DNA of 64,000 nucleotides from contig DASXQR010000060.1 of assembly GCA_036507075.1 (NCBI GenBank), positions 36,895 to 100,894 of the forward strand, given 5' to 3'. The notes under the pieces are model-generated. The model was not told the DNA's origin. It searched no databases and was given only the letters and a program-made list of their open reading frames with translations. Made by a program: the position numbers and the translations under genes. Below are positions 1 to 9,385 of this stretch, piece after piece (within the stretch, counting starts at the first letter, position 1; each line of letters begins with the position of its first letter). The DNA is from Acidobacteriota bacterium. GTDB lineage: Bacteria > Acidobacteriota > UBA6911 > JACQSX01.

Positions 1-721
1 GACCGAGAAGCGTCATGGCGATGGGGGTTCCGGTCTTTTCGGCAAACTGGAGCAGCTCGCTTCCGCTGTTGGACATGATTACGCCATGGCCCGCCAGAAT
101 GAGCGGGCGCCGGGCGCTTGCGATCAATTCAGCAGCTTTTTTCAGGTCCGCGGAAAACGCGCGCAGCTTGGGTCGATACCCTGGCAGGCGCAGTGGTGTT
201 TCGTTCCACTGAAACTCGGCGCTTGCCTGCTGGGCGTCTTTGGTGATGTCGACCAATACGGGCCCGGGCCTGCCCGATTCTGCGATGAAGAAAGCCTCGC
301 GAATTGTCTCCGCTATTTCCTCGGCTCTCGTTACCAGAAAGTTGTGCTTGGTAATCGGAAGCGTTATACCTGTGACATCCACTTCCTGAAACGCATCCGT
401 TCCAATCACTTTTGATCCGACCTGGCCGGTAATGCAGACGATGGGAATGGAATCCATCATAGCGGTTGCAATTCCGGTGACCATGTTCGTTGCGCCGGGA
501 CCGGAAGTGGCGACCGCGACGCCGACTCTTCCCGAAGCCCGGGCGTATCCGTCGGCCATGTGTGTGGCGCCTTGCTCGTGGCGCACCAGGACATGATGGA
601 TTGGATAGTCCAACATGGCATCATAAGCAGGCAGAATCGCCCCGCCGGGATACCCGAAGACTACTTCCACTCCTTTTTTAACCAAGCTTTCCCAAATTAT
701 CTGAGCGCCTGTTCGTTTCAT
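1..721 (-). CDS. ilvB: Acetolactate synthase large subunit, 5' part (runs off window start)
   Basis: Hand translation (missing from ORF track): MKRTGAQIIWESL...VFGYPGGAILP...VRHEQGATHMADGYARASG...TSGPGATN...SGRPGPVLVDITKD. Confidence 0.95.
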   Translation of the reverse strand, partial: MKRTGAQIIWESLVKKGVEVVFGYPGGAILPAYDAMLDYPIHHVLVRHEQGATHMADGYARASGRVGVAVATSGPGATNMVTGIATAMMDSIPIVCITGQVGSKVIGTDAFQEVDVTGITLPITKHNFLVTRAEEIAETIREAFFIAESGRPGPVLVDITKDAQQASAEFQWNETPLRLPGYRPKLRAFSADLKKAAELIASARRPLILAGHGVIMSNSGSELLQFAEKTGTPIAMTLLG

Positions 722-952
722 ATGTTCCGGCAAGGTTTTGTGGACCCTGCGTTAAAGGGTCCTAGAGTATACCAGATGCCCCTGACTCCAAATGTGCCGC
801 GCGCCACGGAGCGACCCCGGCACCTCAGCAATTCCTGTGCCGGAGTGACTGGGTCTCCAAAGCCAGGGAAAACAGCAGGTTCAGCGATCCCCCGGCTGAG
901 TCCTTGCACGAAACGTTTGAACAAAACGTTCCGGCTTGGCCCTATTGCGTTG

Positions 953-999
953 GAAAAAATCGACGCCACCGGGACAAGCCCGGTGGCGTCGATTTTTTC
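953..999. repeat. Perfect 21-bp inverted repeat with 5-nt loop (REP-like)
   Basis: GAAAAAATCGACGCCACCGGG-ACAAG-CCCGGTGGCGTCGATTTTTTC between divergent ilvB and HIT genes. Confidence 0.85.
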
Positions 1000-1067
1000 G
1001 CACGTTCTAAGGACGTGTTGCCTAAATCCGAAGCGATCCTTTGCCGCTTTGTGATTAAATCCTGACG

Positions 1068-1523
1068 ATGTCAACCAATTCGGAAAAGAGCTGCGGATTC
1101 TGTGAGATTCTCGATGGAACCGTCCCAACGCCTTACGTGTTCCAGGACCCCGTATCCGCTGCCTTTTTGGACCATCGCCCCCTGTTTCCCGGTCACTGCC
1201 TGCTGGTACCAAAATCTCACTACACCACTCTGACAGATTTGCCCGAAGACTTGCTTGCGCCTCTGTTTTCAAATGCGAAGCTGCTGGCTCGTGCTGTTGA
1301 AATTGCGTTGAAAGCCGAAGGCAGTTTTGTGGCTATCAACAATCGGGTTAGCCAAAGCGTTCCACACTTCCATATCCATATCGTGCCCCGCCGGCGCAAG
1401 GACGGATTAAAGGGATTTTTCTGGCCACGGCACGCATATCCGGATGCTGAAGCGATGCACAGCGTTCTGCACGATCTTCAGCAGACGGTCAACAAGCTTC
1501 GGAACAGTGCCGGATCACTGTGA
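1068..1523 (+). CDS. HIT family nucleotide hydrolase
   Basis: N-terminal CGFC, PGHCLLVPK, histidine triad HFHIH. Confidence 0.92.
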   Translation: MSTNSEKSCGFCEILDGTVPTPYVFQDPVSAAFLDHRPLFPGHCLLVPKSHYTTLTDLPEDLLAPLFSNAKLLARAVEIALKAEGSFVAINNRVSQSVPHFHIHIVPRRRKDGLKGFFWPRHAYPDAEAMHSVLHDLQQTVNKLRNSAGSL

Positions 1524-1538
1524 TAAGAATGTGCGGAT

Positions 1539-2351
1539 ATGAGGAAATTCTTCCAGGGCCTGATTGCTCTCGGCGGTTTTGCCCTGCTCTGGTATCTAGA
1601 GCAGGCCCATCCTTTACGCCCTAACACGCTGCAGAAAAAGAAACGCGCGCTTACCAACAGCGGGCTGGCGATTGCCGGAGCAACTACCATCGCCGTTTGT
1701 AATTACTTCATTGTCAGGCGCACGGTGCGAATCGCGGATCGCAAGCGCATCGGCCTGCTCAACCGCATCCCACTTCCGGGCTGGGCGAGAAGGATTGCGG
1801 CGCTGCTGTTGCTCGACTATACGCTCTATTGGTGGCACCGGATGAACCATGAAGCCGGCGACCTGTGGCGTTTCCATAACGTGCACCACACCGATCTGGA
1901 CATGGACAGCACCACGTCCATCCGTTTTCACTTCGGTGAGCTCGCGCTCTCTATTCTCTTCCGGACAATCCAGGTGGCCCTGATCGGCGCACAGGCTGTG
2001 GACCTGATGGTATTTGATAATTTTCTTCTGGTCGCCATTCGTTTTCATCACAGCAATCTGAGGTTGGGTCGATGGGATCGCCGGATTCAGTGGCTGGTCG
2101 TTACGCCGGAGATGCACGGCATCCATCACTCGCTTGTGCTGGAGGAAACAAACAGCAACTGGTCGACCATCTTCAGCTTCTGGGACCGCATTCATGGCAC
2201 ACTCAAAACGGGAATTCCGCCGTCCGAGATCACCATCGGGGTTCCGGCGTACAGAGATCCGGAAGAGTTAACCCTGCCCGAATTGGTGGTGATGCCGTTT
2301 CACCCGCAGCGCCCCTGGGCGCTGCCCGACGGCTCGGCCCCCAAAAGGTAG
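1539..2351 (+). CDS. Sterol desaturase / fatty acid hydroxylase family membrane protein
   Basis: His boxes YWWHRMNH, HNVHH, FHHSN, HGIHH; terminal WDRIHGT. Confidence 0.92.
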   Translation: MRKFFQGLIALGGFALLWYLEQAHPLRPNTLQKKKRALTNSGLAIAGATTIAVCNYFIVRRTVRIADRKRIGLLNRIPLPGWARRIAALLLLDYTLYWWHRMNHEAGDLWRFHNVHHTDLDMDSTTSIRFHFGELALSILFRTIQVALIGAQAVDLMVFDNFLLVAIRFHHSNLRLGRWDRRIQWLVVTPEMHGIHHSLVLEETNSNWSTIFSFWDRIHGTLKTGIPPSEITIGVPAYRDPEELTLPELVVMPFHPQRPWALPDGSAPKR

Positions 2352-2573
2352 GCGGGTTTGCGGGTTCCGGGTTGCGGGTTGAACCGCCAAGAACGCGAAG
2401 AACGCTAAGAATTTCTTTTTCAGTCCGGCACCCCAAATGTTGCTGCACTTTACACGCAACACTTCTTCAGACCTTTCAATTGCTCGCAGTCAGACGGTTG
2501 CTCTCATCCATGATGAGCTTAGCGTTCTTCGCGTTCTTGGCGGTTCAACCTGCCAACTCGCAACCCTTAACCC
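2352..2573. repeat. Nested palindromic element: CGGGTT(G) arms outside a perfect 33-bp IR of 9-mer units
   Basis: GGTTGAACCGCCAAGAACGCGAAGAACGCTAAG (2377-2409) and its exact reverse complement (2518-2550). Confidence 0.85.
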
Positions 2574-2772
2574 TTTCCGGAAGTGTCATGCACAAGAAGG
2601 AGAAATTCAATTAAAGGACCATGATTTAGATGCCGATGTCGAACAAGTTGTGATGCGCCGGCGGCCGCACGTATTGACAACTCTTCCACCTCAGGATTGA
2701 ATAATTGTGGATTGGTGTTAGCCAGCCTGTAACTTCGGCATCCAAAGCACTTATCTGCACAACAGGAGGAAT

Positions 2773-3774
2773 ATGGCCGAACCTGTTCTACGCCAGGAAA
2801 AAACCGACCGCAAGCCGATCCGCAAACCCAGCGCTGGAAGGACTCCGCCTGCCCAAAAAGGCAGAACAGCAGCACAACGTCCCGTCTTGCTGCCGGCCGA
2901 CATCATTATTGCGAATGCCCCGGATCCGGTCTTTGTTTCCGATCTGGAAGGTAAGATCCTTCAGGCGAACGACGCCGTTTCTCAGTTGCTCGGGTTCCGC
3001 CAGGATGAGGTGCTGGAACAATCTCTTTCGCAATTCATCAGCGCCCAGGAAACGCGCGAGTTGATGGCGGCGTTGGATGAAGTGGTGGAACACGGCGTGA
3101 CCCGTAACGTCATCCTCAATCCGAAAAGCGCTTCGGGCGAAAACATACCAACTGTTTTGAATGCATCCGCTCTGCGGGATGCCCAGGGAATAGTGATCGG
3201 TGTGATTGGAATCCTGCGCGACATGCGCGAGCTTGACAAGGCCCGGGCATACGCGGAGAGCCTGATCAAGAATGCACCCGATCCGGTATTCGTCAGCGAC
3301 CTTGAAGGCAAGATCCTGCAAGCCAATGACGCCGTTTCGCAGCTTCTTGGTTTTCGACAAGACGAAGTATTGGAACAGTCCCTTTCAAGATTCATCAGCG
3401 CTGAGGAAACCAGGGAGTTCACGGCGGCCTTAAGGGAAGTTGTCGAAAGGGGCGTTACACGAAACGCGCGCCTTAATCCGCGCAGCGCCAGCGGTGAAGT
3501 CATTCCCACGACGCTCAACGCCTCCGCGCTGCGGGATGGGGACGGCAAAGTTATAGGCGCAATCGGCATCCTGCGCGACATGCGCGCTTACGAACAGGTT
3601 GTGCGGGATCTTCAGGCGTCCAAGACTGAGCTTCAGGAGAAAATTCTGGACCTTGAAAAGTTCGAAGAAGTCGTTGTGGGCCGCGAGCTCAAGATGATTG
3701 CGCTGGAAAAGGAACTGGAAGTCCTGCAACAGGAAGTCGAACGGCTGCGCGGCCAGTTGGCGCGGGGAGGATAA
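2773..3774 (+). CDS. Tandem PAS-PAS protein with C-terminal coiled coil, no output domain
   Basis: AGGAGG RBS; two 119-aa PAS/PAC repeats (NAPDPVFVSDLEGKILQAN...GILRDMR); C-terminal LEKFEEVVVGRELKMIALEKE helix. Confidence 0.9.
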   Translation: MAEPVLRQEKTDRKPIRKPSAGRTPPAQKGRTAAQRPVLLPADIIIANAPDPVFVSDLEGKILQANDAVSQLLGFRQDEVLEQSLSQFISAQETRELMAALDEVVEHGVTRNVILNPKSASGENIPTVLNASALRDAQGIVIGVIGILRDMRELDKARAYAESLIKNAPDPVFVSDLEGKILQANDAVSQLLGFRQDEVLEQSLSRFISAEETREFTAALREVVERGVTRNARLNPRSASGEVIPTTLNASALRDGDGKVIGAIGILRDMRAYEQVVRDLQASKTELQEKILDLEKFEEVVVGRELKMIALEKELEVLQQEVERLRGQLARGG

Positions 3775-3782
3775 AAGCAGGG

Positions 3783-3873
3783 AGGGGTCAGGTCTTGAAA
3801 TTTGAATTCGAGGAAAAAGAGGGACAGACCCCAATTAGGCAATTAGGGGGTAAATTTAATTGGGGTCTGTCCC
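3783..3873. repeat. REP-like GGGGTC(A/T)G element with 17-bp IR
   Basis: GGGACAGACCCCAATTA (3821-3837) / TAATTGGGGTCTGTCCC (3857-3873), preceded by AGGGGTCAGGTCTTG. Confidence 0.75.
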
Positions 3874-3885
3874 CATTTTTCCGCT

Positions 3886-5523
3886 GTGGTGATGAATAGC
3901 GTTGCTATGAGGAGAGATCAACACGACTCATCTGAACTGGCCCGGTTGCGGCAGTTCGGCAATCACCTGAGGACTCTCTCGGATATTAAATCCGTCCTGG
4001 AGCTGATGGTCAGGGCCGTAATGGAATCGCAGCGCGCCGACATGGGGTCGGCGATGCTGTTCGATCGCGGCGGAGGCGAACCTTGGCCCGCTGTCTGGAT
4101 TGGGTTCCCCGAACAGTACCTCCATACGGTCAGGCGCATCCCCACAGATATGCCCGCATGCGACAGTTCTGACGCCGATCGCGGAATGCCGGGCGCAGAT
4201 CTCCGCACTACTCCTTGCTCTACCACGCGAGACGCCGCCGCCCGGGCGGCGGGATATCGTACCATTTGCAGCGTGCCCCTTTGCATCTACCCCAACAATG
4301 CCTTGGGGATACTTGCGGTTTACTTCCGGCATCGGGAAAAGCCGTCGGAACACAAAATCAGCCTGATGGAGCTGTACGCATTGCTGGGGGCGGCCTCGAT
4401 CAGGAACCTGCAACTGGCAGCGCAGTTGGAGACGGACCGCGAGCAGTTTGAGGCTAACCAGCGGGATCTGCAAAGCAAGGTCAAGCGGGCCGAAGAACGC
4501 AGGCACGCTTTGATCCACATCATGGGGGACATGAACGAGTTCAACAAGCGGCTCGGTAATCAGCGCAAGGCGATGTTGCACATCCTCGGTGATTATGAAC
4601 GCGACCGAAGTCGCCTGGGGCGGCAGAGGGAACGACTCGACAATTCCCGGCGCGCCCTGATGCACATCCTCCAAGACTCGCACCATTCCAATCTTCGGCT
4701 GGAAAAAAGCCGTAAGGCGATGATCCACATCATGGGAGATCTTCGCGAAACCACCGCCGAAATCCAGAGGCGCGAGCATGAGCTGAGAGACAAACATGAA
4801 CAATTGATCCAGGCCGGCAAGCTGGCAACGCTGGGAGAACTGGCCACCGGCGTGGCGCACGAGTTGAATAACCCTCTCAACAATATCGGCCTTTTTTTAG
4901 GAAACGCGATTGACCTGATTGAACTGGGACGGTTTGACAAGCCTCACATTCTCAGGGAGCTGCAAAATGCCATGCAACAAGTTCGCAAGGCCGCCGAAAT
5001 CATTTCTCATTTGCGTACATTCGGTCGAGTTGCCCCTACCACCCACGAGCTTGTCTTGATAAATCAGATCATCGAACGGGCGGTATCCTTAATGAGCGAG
5101 CAGTTAAGGCTGCGTCAGACTCGAATCGAGGTAGATTTGAGTCCGAAAAGTCCGACCATCATGGGAAACGCGATTCAACTGGAACAAGTCTTGATCAACC
5201 TGCTGACCAACGCGCGCGATGCAATGGCGAAATCCGAACGCAAGGAAATCCATATTTCGACGCGAGTATGTGACGACTCAGTCGAGGTGAGTTTGAGCGA
5301 CACCGGGCCGGGAATTCCCGCCGGAGCGGAGCAAAGAATATTTGACCCGTTTTTCACCACCAAGGATGTGGGAGCGGGGACCGGCCTGGGACTGTCGATC
5401 ACCTACGGGATCATCAACGACCACCAGGGAAATATCCAGGTCATCAATCGTCCCGGTGAAGGGGCCACTTTTGTGATTCAACTCCCCCGGGCAGCCGAGG
5501 AAAAACTGGAAGCAGCGATATGA
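3886..5523 (+). CDS. Cytoplasmic histidine kinase: GAF-like domain, His-repeat coiled coil, HisKA, HATPase (exact start uncertain)
   Basis: GKLATLGELATGVAHELNNPL H-box, NLLTNARDA, DTGPGI, FDPFFTTK, GTGLGL; no TM segment. Confidence 0.93.
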   Translation: MVMNSVAMRRDQHDSSELARLRQFGNHLRTLSDIKSVLELMVRAVMESQRADMGSAMLFDRGGGEPWPAVWIGFPEQYLHTVRRIPTDMPACDSSDADRGMPGADLRTTPCSTTRDAAARAAGYRTICSVPLCIYPNNALGILAVYFRHREKPSEHKISLMELYALLGAASIRNLQLAAQLETDREQFEANQRDLQSKVKRAEERRHALIHIMGDMNEFNKRLGNQRKAMLHILGDYERDRSRLGRQRERLDNSRRALMHILQDSHHSNLRLEKSRKAMIHIMGDLRETTAEIQRREHELRDKHEQLIQAGKLATLGELATGVAHELNNPLNNIGLFLGNAIDLIELGRFDKPHILRELQNAMQQVRKAAEIISHLRTFGRVAPTTHELVLINQIIERAVSLMSEQLRLRQTRIEVDLSPKSPTIMGNAIQLEQVLINLLTNARDAMAKSERKEIHISTRVCDDSVEVSLSDTGPGIPAGAEQRIFDPFFTTKDVGAGTGLGLSITYGIINDHQGNIQVINRPGEGATFVIQLPRAAEEKLEAAI

Positions 5524-7109
5524 GTTCTGCGCAGGTTCTGATAGTCGATGACGACCCGGCATTGCTCCTTGCCCTCCCGGAAGCGATTCGCTTGAGGACC
5601 GAAGGCATATCCGTCGAGAAAACTGATTCGGCCCTGTCAGCGCTCAGTCTCATCGAGAACAATGACTACGACGCCATCGTGACCGACATCAAGATGCCAG
5701 GGATGGACGGACTGGCGCTGCTTTCGCGAATTCGTGAGATCCGCCCCAATACTCCTACGCTGCTCATCACGGGCCATGGCGAATACGATCTGGCCGTGGA
5801 GGCCCTTCGTGGCGGCGCCAATGATTACATTCCCAAGCCGATCGACCGCGAATATTTCGTGATTTCTCTGAAACGCGCCATTCACATGCGGCAGTTGAGC
5901 CGCAAAATAGAAGAACAGCAGGCAGCCCTGGAACACCATGCGTCCAACCTGGAGCAGACCGTGCAGGAACGCACTCGAGAGTTGCAGGAAGCCAACAAGG
6001 CCAAGGATGAGTTTCTGGCGATGCTGGCGCACGAGCTTCGCAATCCACTCGCCCCCATTTCCAACGCGATGGAGGTTTTGCGGCTTCGACGGGATCTTGA
6101 TCCCAGCCTGCAGCGTGTGCGGGATATTGTGCAGCGGCAGGCGGCCCACATGTCTCGCCTTGTGGACGACCTGCTCGATATTTCGGGGATTACCCGCGGA
6201 AAAGTGGATCTCCGTCGCGAGATAGTCGACCTGGATACGATTGTCGGCTACGCTGTGGAAGCCGCAAACCCCTTGATTAGATCCCGCAATCATGCGTTGG
6301 AAGTTTCACGGGCGAAGACTCCTGTCTACGTGGACGCCGATCCCACGCGGCTTGAACAGGTCATCGGGAATTTGCTGAGCAACGCGGCCAAATACACCGA
6401 TCCCGGTGGGGGCATCTGGCTGAATCTGGATTCCAGGGACGGCAATGCGATCATTGAGGTCAGGGACACAGGCGTGGGGATCTCCGCCGAGATGCTGCCG
6501 AAAGTCTTCGACTTGTTTACGCAGGCCAATCAGTCTTTGGCGCGGTCCCGTGGAGGTCTTGGCATTGGCCTGACATTGGTGAGGCACCTCGTGGAAATGC
6601 ATGGTGGAAGCGTGGAAGTGTCGAGCGGGGGGAAGGGCCTGGGAAGCCTGTTTGTGGTAAAGCTTCCCCTGGCGCAGGCTAAAGCACAACGCCTGCATTC
6701 GAGCCTTCGGGATCAACGTGTCGATTTGCCCCAGGAACCCAGGCGCGTATTAATCATCGAGGACAACCATGACAGCCGCGAAACGCTTCGGCAGCTTCTC
6801 GAGTTATGGGGTCACCAGGTGGAAGTCGCCGAAGACGGCGCGCGGGGACTGGAAAAACTGCTTGAGAGCAGGCCTGAAGTGGCCCTGGTCGACATCGGAA
6901 TCCCCGGATTGGACGGTTATCAGGTGGCCCAACTCGTGCGCAGCAAACTTGGACGTGGAAATTTTCTAATAGCCTTGACCGGCTACGGGCAGCCCAGCGA
7001 CCGGCAACGGGCGCTGGAAGCAGGTTTTGACGCGTATCTTGTCAAGCCGGTCGATGTTCGGAAACTTTCGCTTCTCCTCAATGAAATCTCCCGGCAGCCG
7101 GCGACGTAG
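5520..7109 (+). CDS. Hybrid kinase REC-HisKA-HATPase-REC
   Basis: VLIVDDD...DIKMPGMDG; AHELRNPL; NAAKYT, DTGVG, GGLGIGL; C-terminal IIEDN...DIGIPGLDG...KPVD; ATGA overlap with upstream kinase. Confidence 0.95.
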   Translation: MSSAQVLIVDDDPALLLALPEAIRLRTEGISVEKTDSALSALSLIENNDYDAIVTDIKMPGMDGLALLSRIREIRPNTPTLLITGHGEYDLAVEALRGGANDYIPKPIDREYFVISLKRAIHMRQLSRKIEEQQAALEHHASNLEQTVQERTRELQEANKAKDEFLAMLAHELRNPLAPISNAMEVLRLRRDLDPSLQRVRDIVQRQAAHMSRLVDDLLDISGITRGKVDLRREIVDLDTIVGYAVEAANPLIRSRNHALEVSRAKTPVYVDADPTRLEQVIGNLLSNAAKYTDPGGGIWLNLDSRDGNAIIEVRDTGVGISAEMLPKVFDLFTQANQSLARSRGGLGIGLTLVRHLVEMHGGSVEVSSGGKGLGSLFVVKLPLAQAKAQRLHSSLRDQRVDLPQEPRRVLIIEDNHDSRETLRQLLELWGHQVEVAEDGARGLEKLLESRPEVALVDIGIPGLDGYQVAQLVRSKLGRGNFLIALTGYGQPSDRQRALEAGFDAYLVKPVDVRKLSLLLNEISRQPAT

Positions 7110-7132
7110 CGTGGCCTCCCGGCAAAAGCCTT

Positions 7133-7274
7133 GAACCGCGAAGGCGCGAAAGCCCGAACATAAGATATTACTTGGCTAGCGAGATGGGACGAAGAGCTGG
7201 AATTTACTCGTTCCCAGTCATTTGGTAAAAACTAGAGCAACTTTTACTTTCGCGCTTTCGCGCCTTCGCGGTTC
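7133..7274. repeat. 9-mer-family inverted repeat element
   Basis: GAACCGCGAAGGCGCGAAAG...CTTTCGCGCCTTCGCGGTTC. Confidence 0.8.
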
Positions 7275-7280
7275 CGGCCT

Positions 7281-7691
7281 TTATTCCCTGTGGTGCTTTC
7301 TTTCTACTGCTTTTTCCACGTGCTCCTCTTTCCGGCGCACGCGCTTCTGCAGTCGCCTGAATTCTTCTTCAAGCTTTTCGAGCTCCTCGTCTGACAGCTC
7401 TTCCAGATCCACCAGACTGGTTCTGGCTCCCCGAACGCCGCGGATCAATTCGTCAAGCTTCAGGTGCATTGCTTTGGCGTCCCGATTCTGGGTGTTCTGG
7501 ATGAGAAAAACCATCAGGAAGGTGATGATTGTCGTACCGGTGTTGATAACCAATTGCCATGTGTCCGAAAAGCGAAACATGGGACCGGTTGCTGCCCAGA
7601 CGACAATGATTGCCAGCGCCATAATGAAAGCCCACGCGTTGCCGGCTGCCACGGAAATCACAGCGGCAAATCTTCTGAATATGTCGTTCAT
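7281..7691 (-). CDS. Low-affinity iron permease (Fet4-like) family protein
   Basis: FSDTWQLVINTGTTIITFLMVFLIQNTQNRDAKAMHLKLDELI signature. Confidence 0.9.
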   Translation of the reverse strand: MNDIFRRFAAVISVAAGNAWAFIMALAIIVVWAATGPMFRFSDTWQLVINTGTTIITFLMVFLIQNTQNRDAKAMHLKLDELIRGVRGARTSLVDLEELSDEELEKLEEEFRRLQKRVRRKEEHVEKAVERKHHRE

Positions 7692-7715
7692 GCGCTCATT
7701 ATACGCCGCGGTCGG

Positions 7716-7981
7716 GGGCGGATTGGCGGGTTGCGGGTTATCGGGTTGCGGGTTATTGAGTTATTGAGTTACGGGTTGCGAGTTATCGGGTTACGGGTTG
7801 CGAGTTATCGGGTTACGGGTTGCGGGTTGATGAATCACTGGTTGCGGAAACTTAAAGATTCACGAGTTCAAGGAGAAGTTACCCAAAGTGCCAACCTCCG
7901 GGGTCCAATAGTTCTTAATTTTAATTTTTCCGATTCGTCAACTCGTAACCCGTAACCCGATAACTCGCAACCCGCTAACCG
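7716..7981. repeat. Inverted heptamer arrays (CGGGTT[A/G] arm then AACCCG arm)
   Basis: Long run of GGGTTA/GGGTTG/GAGTT units 7716-7830; complementary ACTCGTAACCCG units 7936-7981. Confidence 0.85.
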
Positions 7982-7989
7982 GTAGTTTT

Positions 7990-9210
7990 CTAGCGGACAA
8001 GTTCCTTGTGAAGTAGTGAAAGGAAAAGCCCGACATCAGTGACAATGCCGATGGCTTGCGCGCTTCCGCGATCGCTTAATTTGGTTACGGTGGCTGCATT
8101 GATATCGACGCAGACGGTTGTCACCCAGGAAGGAATCATGTTTCCAACGCCGATGGAATGCAGCATGGTCCCCAGCATCAAAATCATTTCCAGATTTTTC
8201 ACTGAGTTTGCGTAAGCTTCCTGGGCCTCAATCAGGTCCATCATTGTTTCGGGAAGCGGTCCATCGTCCCGAATACTGCCCGCCAGCAGAAAAGGGACCG
8301 GTTTGCGAATGCATTCGTACATGATCCCTGATTTCAGGGTTCCCTGCTCTACCGCACTTGCAATTCCTCCGGCGTGATAAATGATATTGATGGCGCGCAT
8401 ATGATTCTGATGGCCGTCGCGCACCGGAATGCCTGTTTCAAGATTTACACCCAGCGATGTTTTAAAAAGCGCGTGTTCGATGTCATGAACCGCGAGCGCG
8501 TTTCCACTCAGCAAAACGTCCACAAAACCGCGCCGGATCAAGTCAGAAAGATAGGAAACACCACCAGTATGTACTACCACCGGCCCGGCGACCAGGCCGA
8601 TCCGGCCGCGGCGCGCCTTGATGTCCTTCATCATCTGGGCCAGTTTGGCAGTTGAGATTTCCACGCGACGTTCCGTTGACACGTCGCTGGCCATAAAGGC
8701 GAAGCCATAACGGTCCCGGGACTTGAATTCAGGCTGCACTCGAATGCCTTCCACGCCGCATATCACGTGATTTCCCGCGCGCAGGTCGCGCAGTTTGCGA
8801 CATTGTGCCCGGCCTCCCTCAACCACCACCAGCGCGTCCATTCGCTGATCCTCGACTTCACGCCAGTCTCCGGCGACCCGGACGTAAGTTCGGTGGTTCG
8901 TGGTGGAATAAAAGTCCTCCGGCGCGCAGCGGTCGCGCGCAGCCGGTCGAATGGCTGCATCCTTTTCTATAGGAACATAACAGCCAAGCGACATCAGTTC
9001 TTCCAACAGAGAGACAAGCAATTCCTTGCTGGGCGCGCTGATACGCAGTTTGGCGATGGAGAAATCCTGGTTGGTGCGACCGATTTCGAAATTCAGAATC
9101 TCGAACTGACCCTGCAACTCAATGACCTTGTCAAAAATCTTTGTCATCAGTTGTGAGTCAATAAGATGTCCGCGCGCCTCTACGATCTCTGAAGTCTTGT
9201 TCTGAGACAT
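7990..9210 (-). CDS. TIGR00300 / LOR-SDH-like protein (ornithine cyclodeaminase-like, related to ArgZ/AgrE C-terminal part)
   Basis: GHLIDS, APEDFYSTTNHRT, QRMDA, GPVVVHTGG, GNALAVHDIE, LAGSIRDDGPLPET, MLHSIGVGN, VTKLSDRGS. Confidence 0.88.
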   Translation of the reverse strand: MSQNKTSEIVEARGHLIDSQLMTKIFDKVIELQGQFEILNFEIGRTNQDFSIAKLRISAPSKELLVSLLEELMSLGCYVPIEKDAAIRPAARDRCAPEDFYSTTNHRTYVRVAGDWREVEDQRMDALVVVEGGRAQCRKLRDLRAGNHVICGVEGIRVQPEFKSRDRYGFAFMASDVSTERRVEISTAKLAQMMKDIKARRGRIGLVAGPVVVHTGGVSYLSDLIRRGFVDVLLSGNALAVHDIEHALFKTSLGVNLETGIPVRDGHQNHMRAINIIYHAGGIASAVEQGTLKSGIMYECIRKPVPFLLAGSIRDDGPLPETMMDLIEAQEAYANSVKNLEMILMLGTMLHSIGVGNMIPSWVTTVCVDINAATVTKLSDRGSAQAIGIVTDVGLFLSLLHKELVR

Positions 9211-9231
9211 AAGGGTGGAGATTATAGCTCA

Positions 9232-9345
9232 GGGGGAGGAAGGGTGATGAAGGGGAAGGAAGGGTTATGAGGGGAAAGAAGGGTTATGAAGGGGAAAGAA
9301 GGGTTATGAAGGGGAAGAAAGGGTTATGAAGGGGGCATGAGGGAG
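9232..9345. repeat. Purine-rich tandem repeat, ~20-nt unit GAAGGGTTATGAAGGGGAAA x~5
   Basis: Direct reading; a related short run occurs at ~10650-10682. Confidence 0.85.
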
Positions 9346-9385
9346 GGGCGTAAGTGATCTGGTTTGTGCGGCTATATCGAGGGCT

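Noticed and set aside
722..950. Possible ilvB attenuator
   Set aside because: Only a short GGACCCT/AGGGTCC hairpin; no Ile/Leu/Val-rich leader peptide or U-tailed terminator seen.
718..1272. 184-aa minus ORF and 164-aa plus ORF (560-1054)
   Set aside because: They overlap the real ilvB and HIT genes and read through a palindrome; no protein-like motifs.
2437..2700. 87-aa ORF and TTGACA at 2674
   Set aside because: The ORF starts inside the repeat element; no good -10 at 16-18 nt from the TTGACA.
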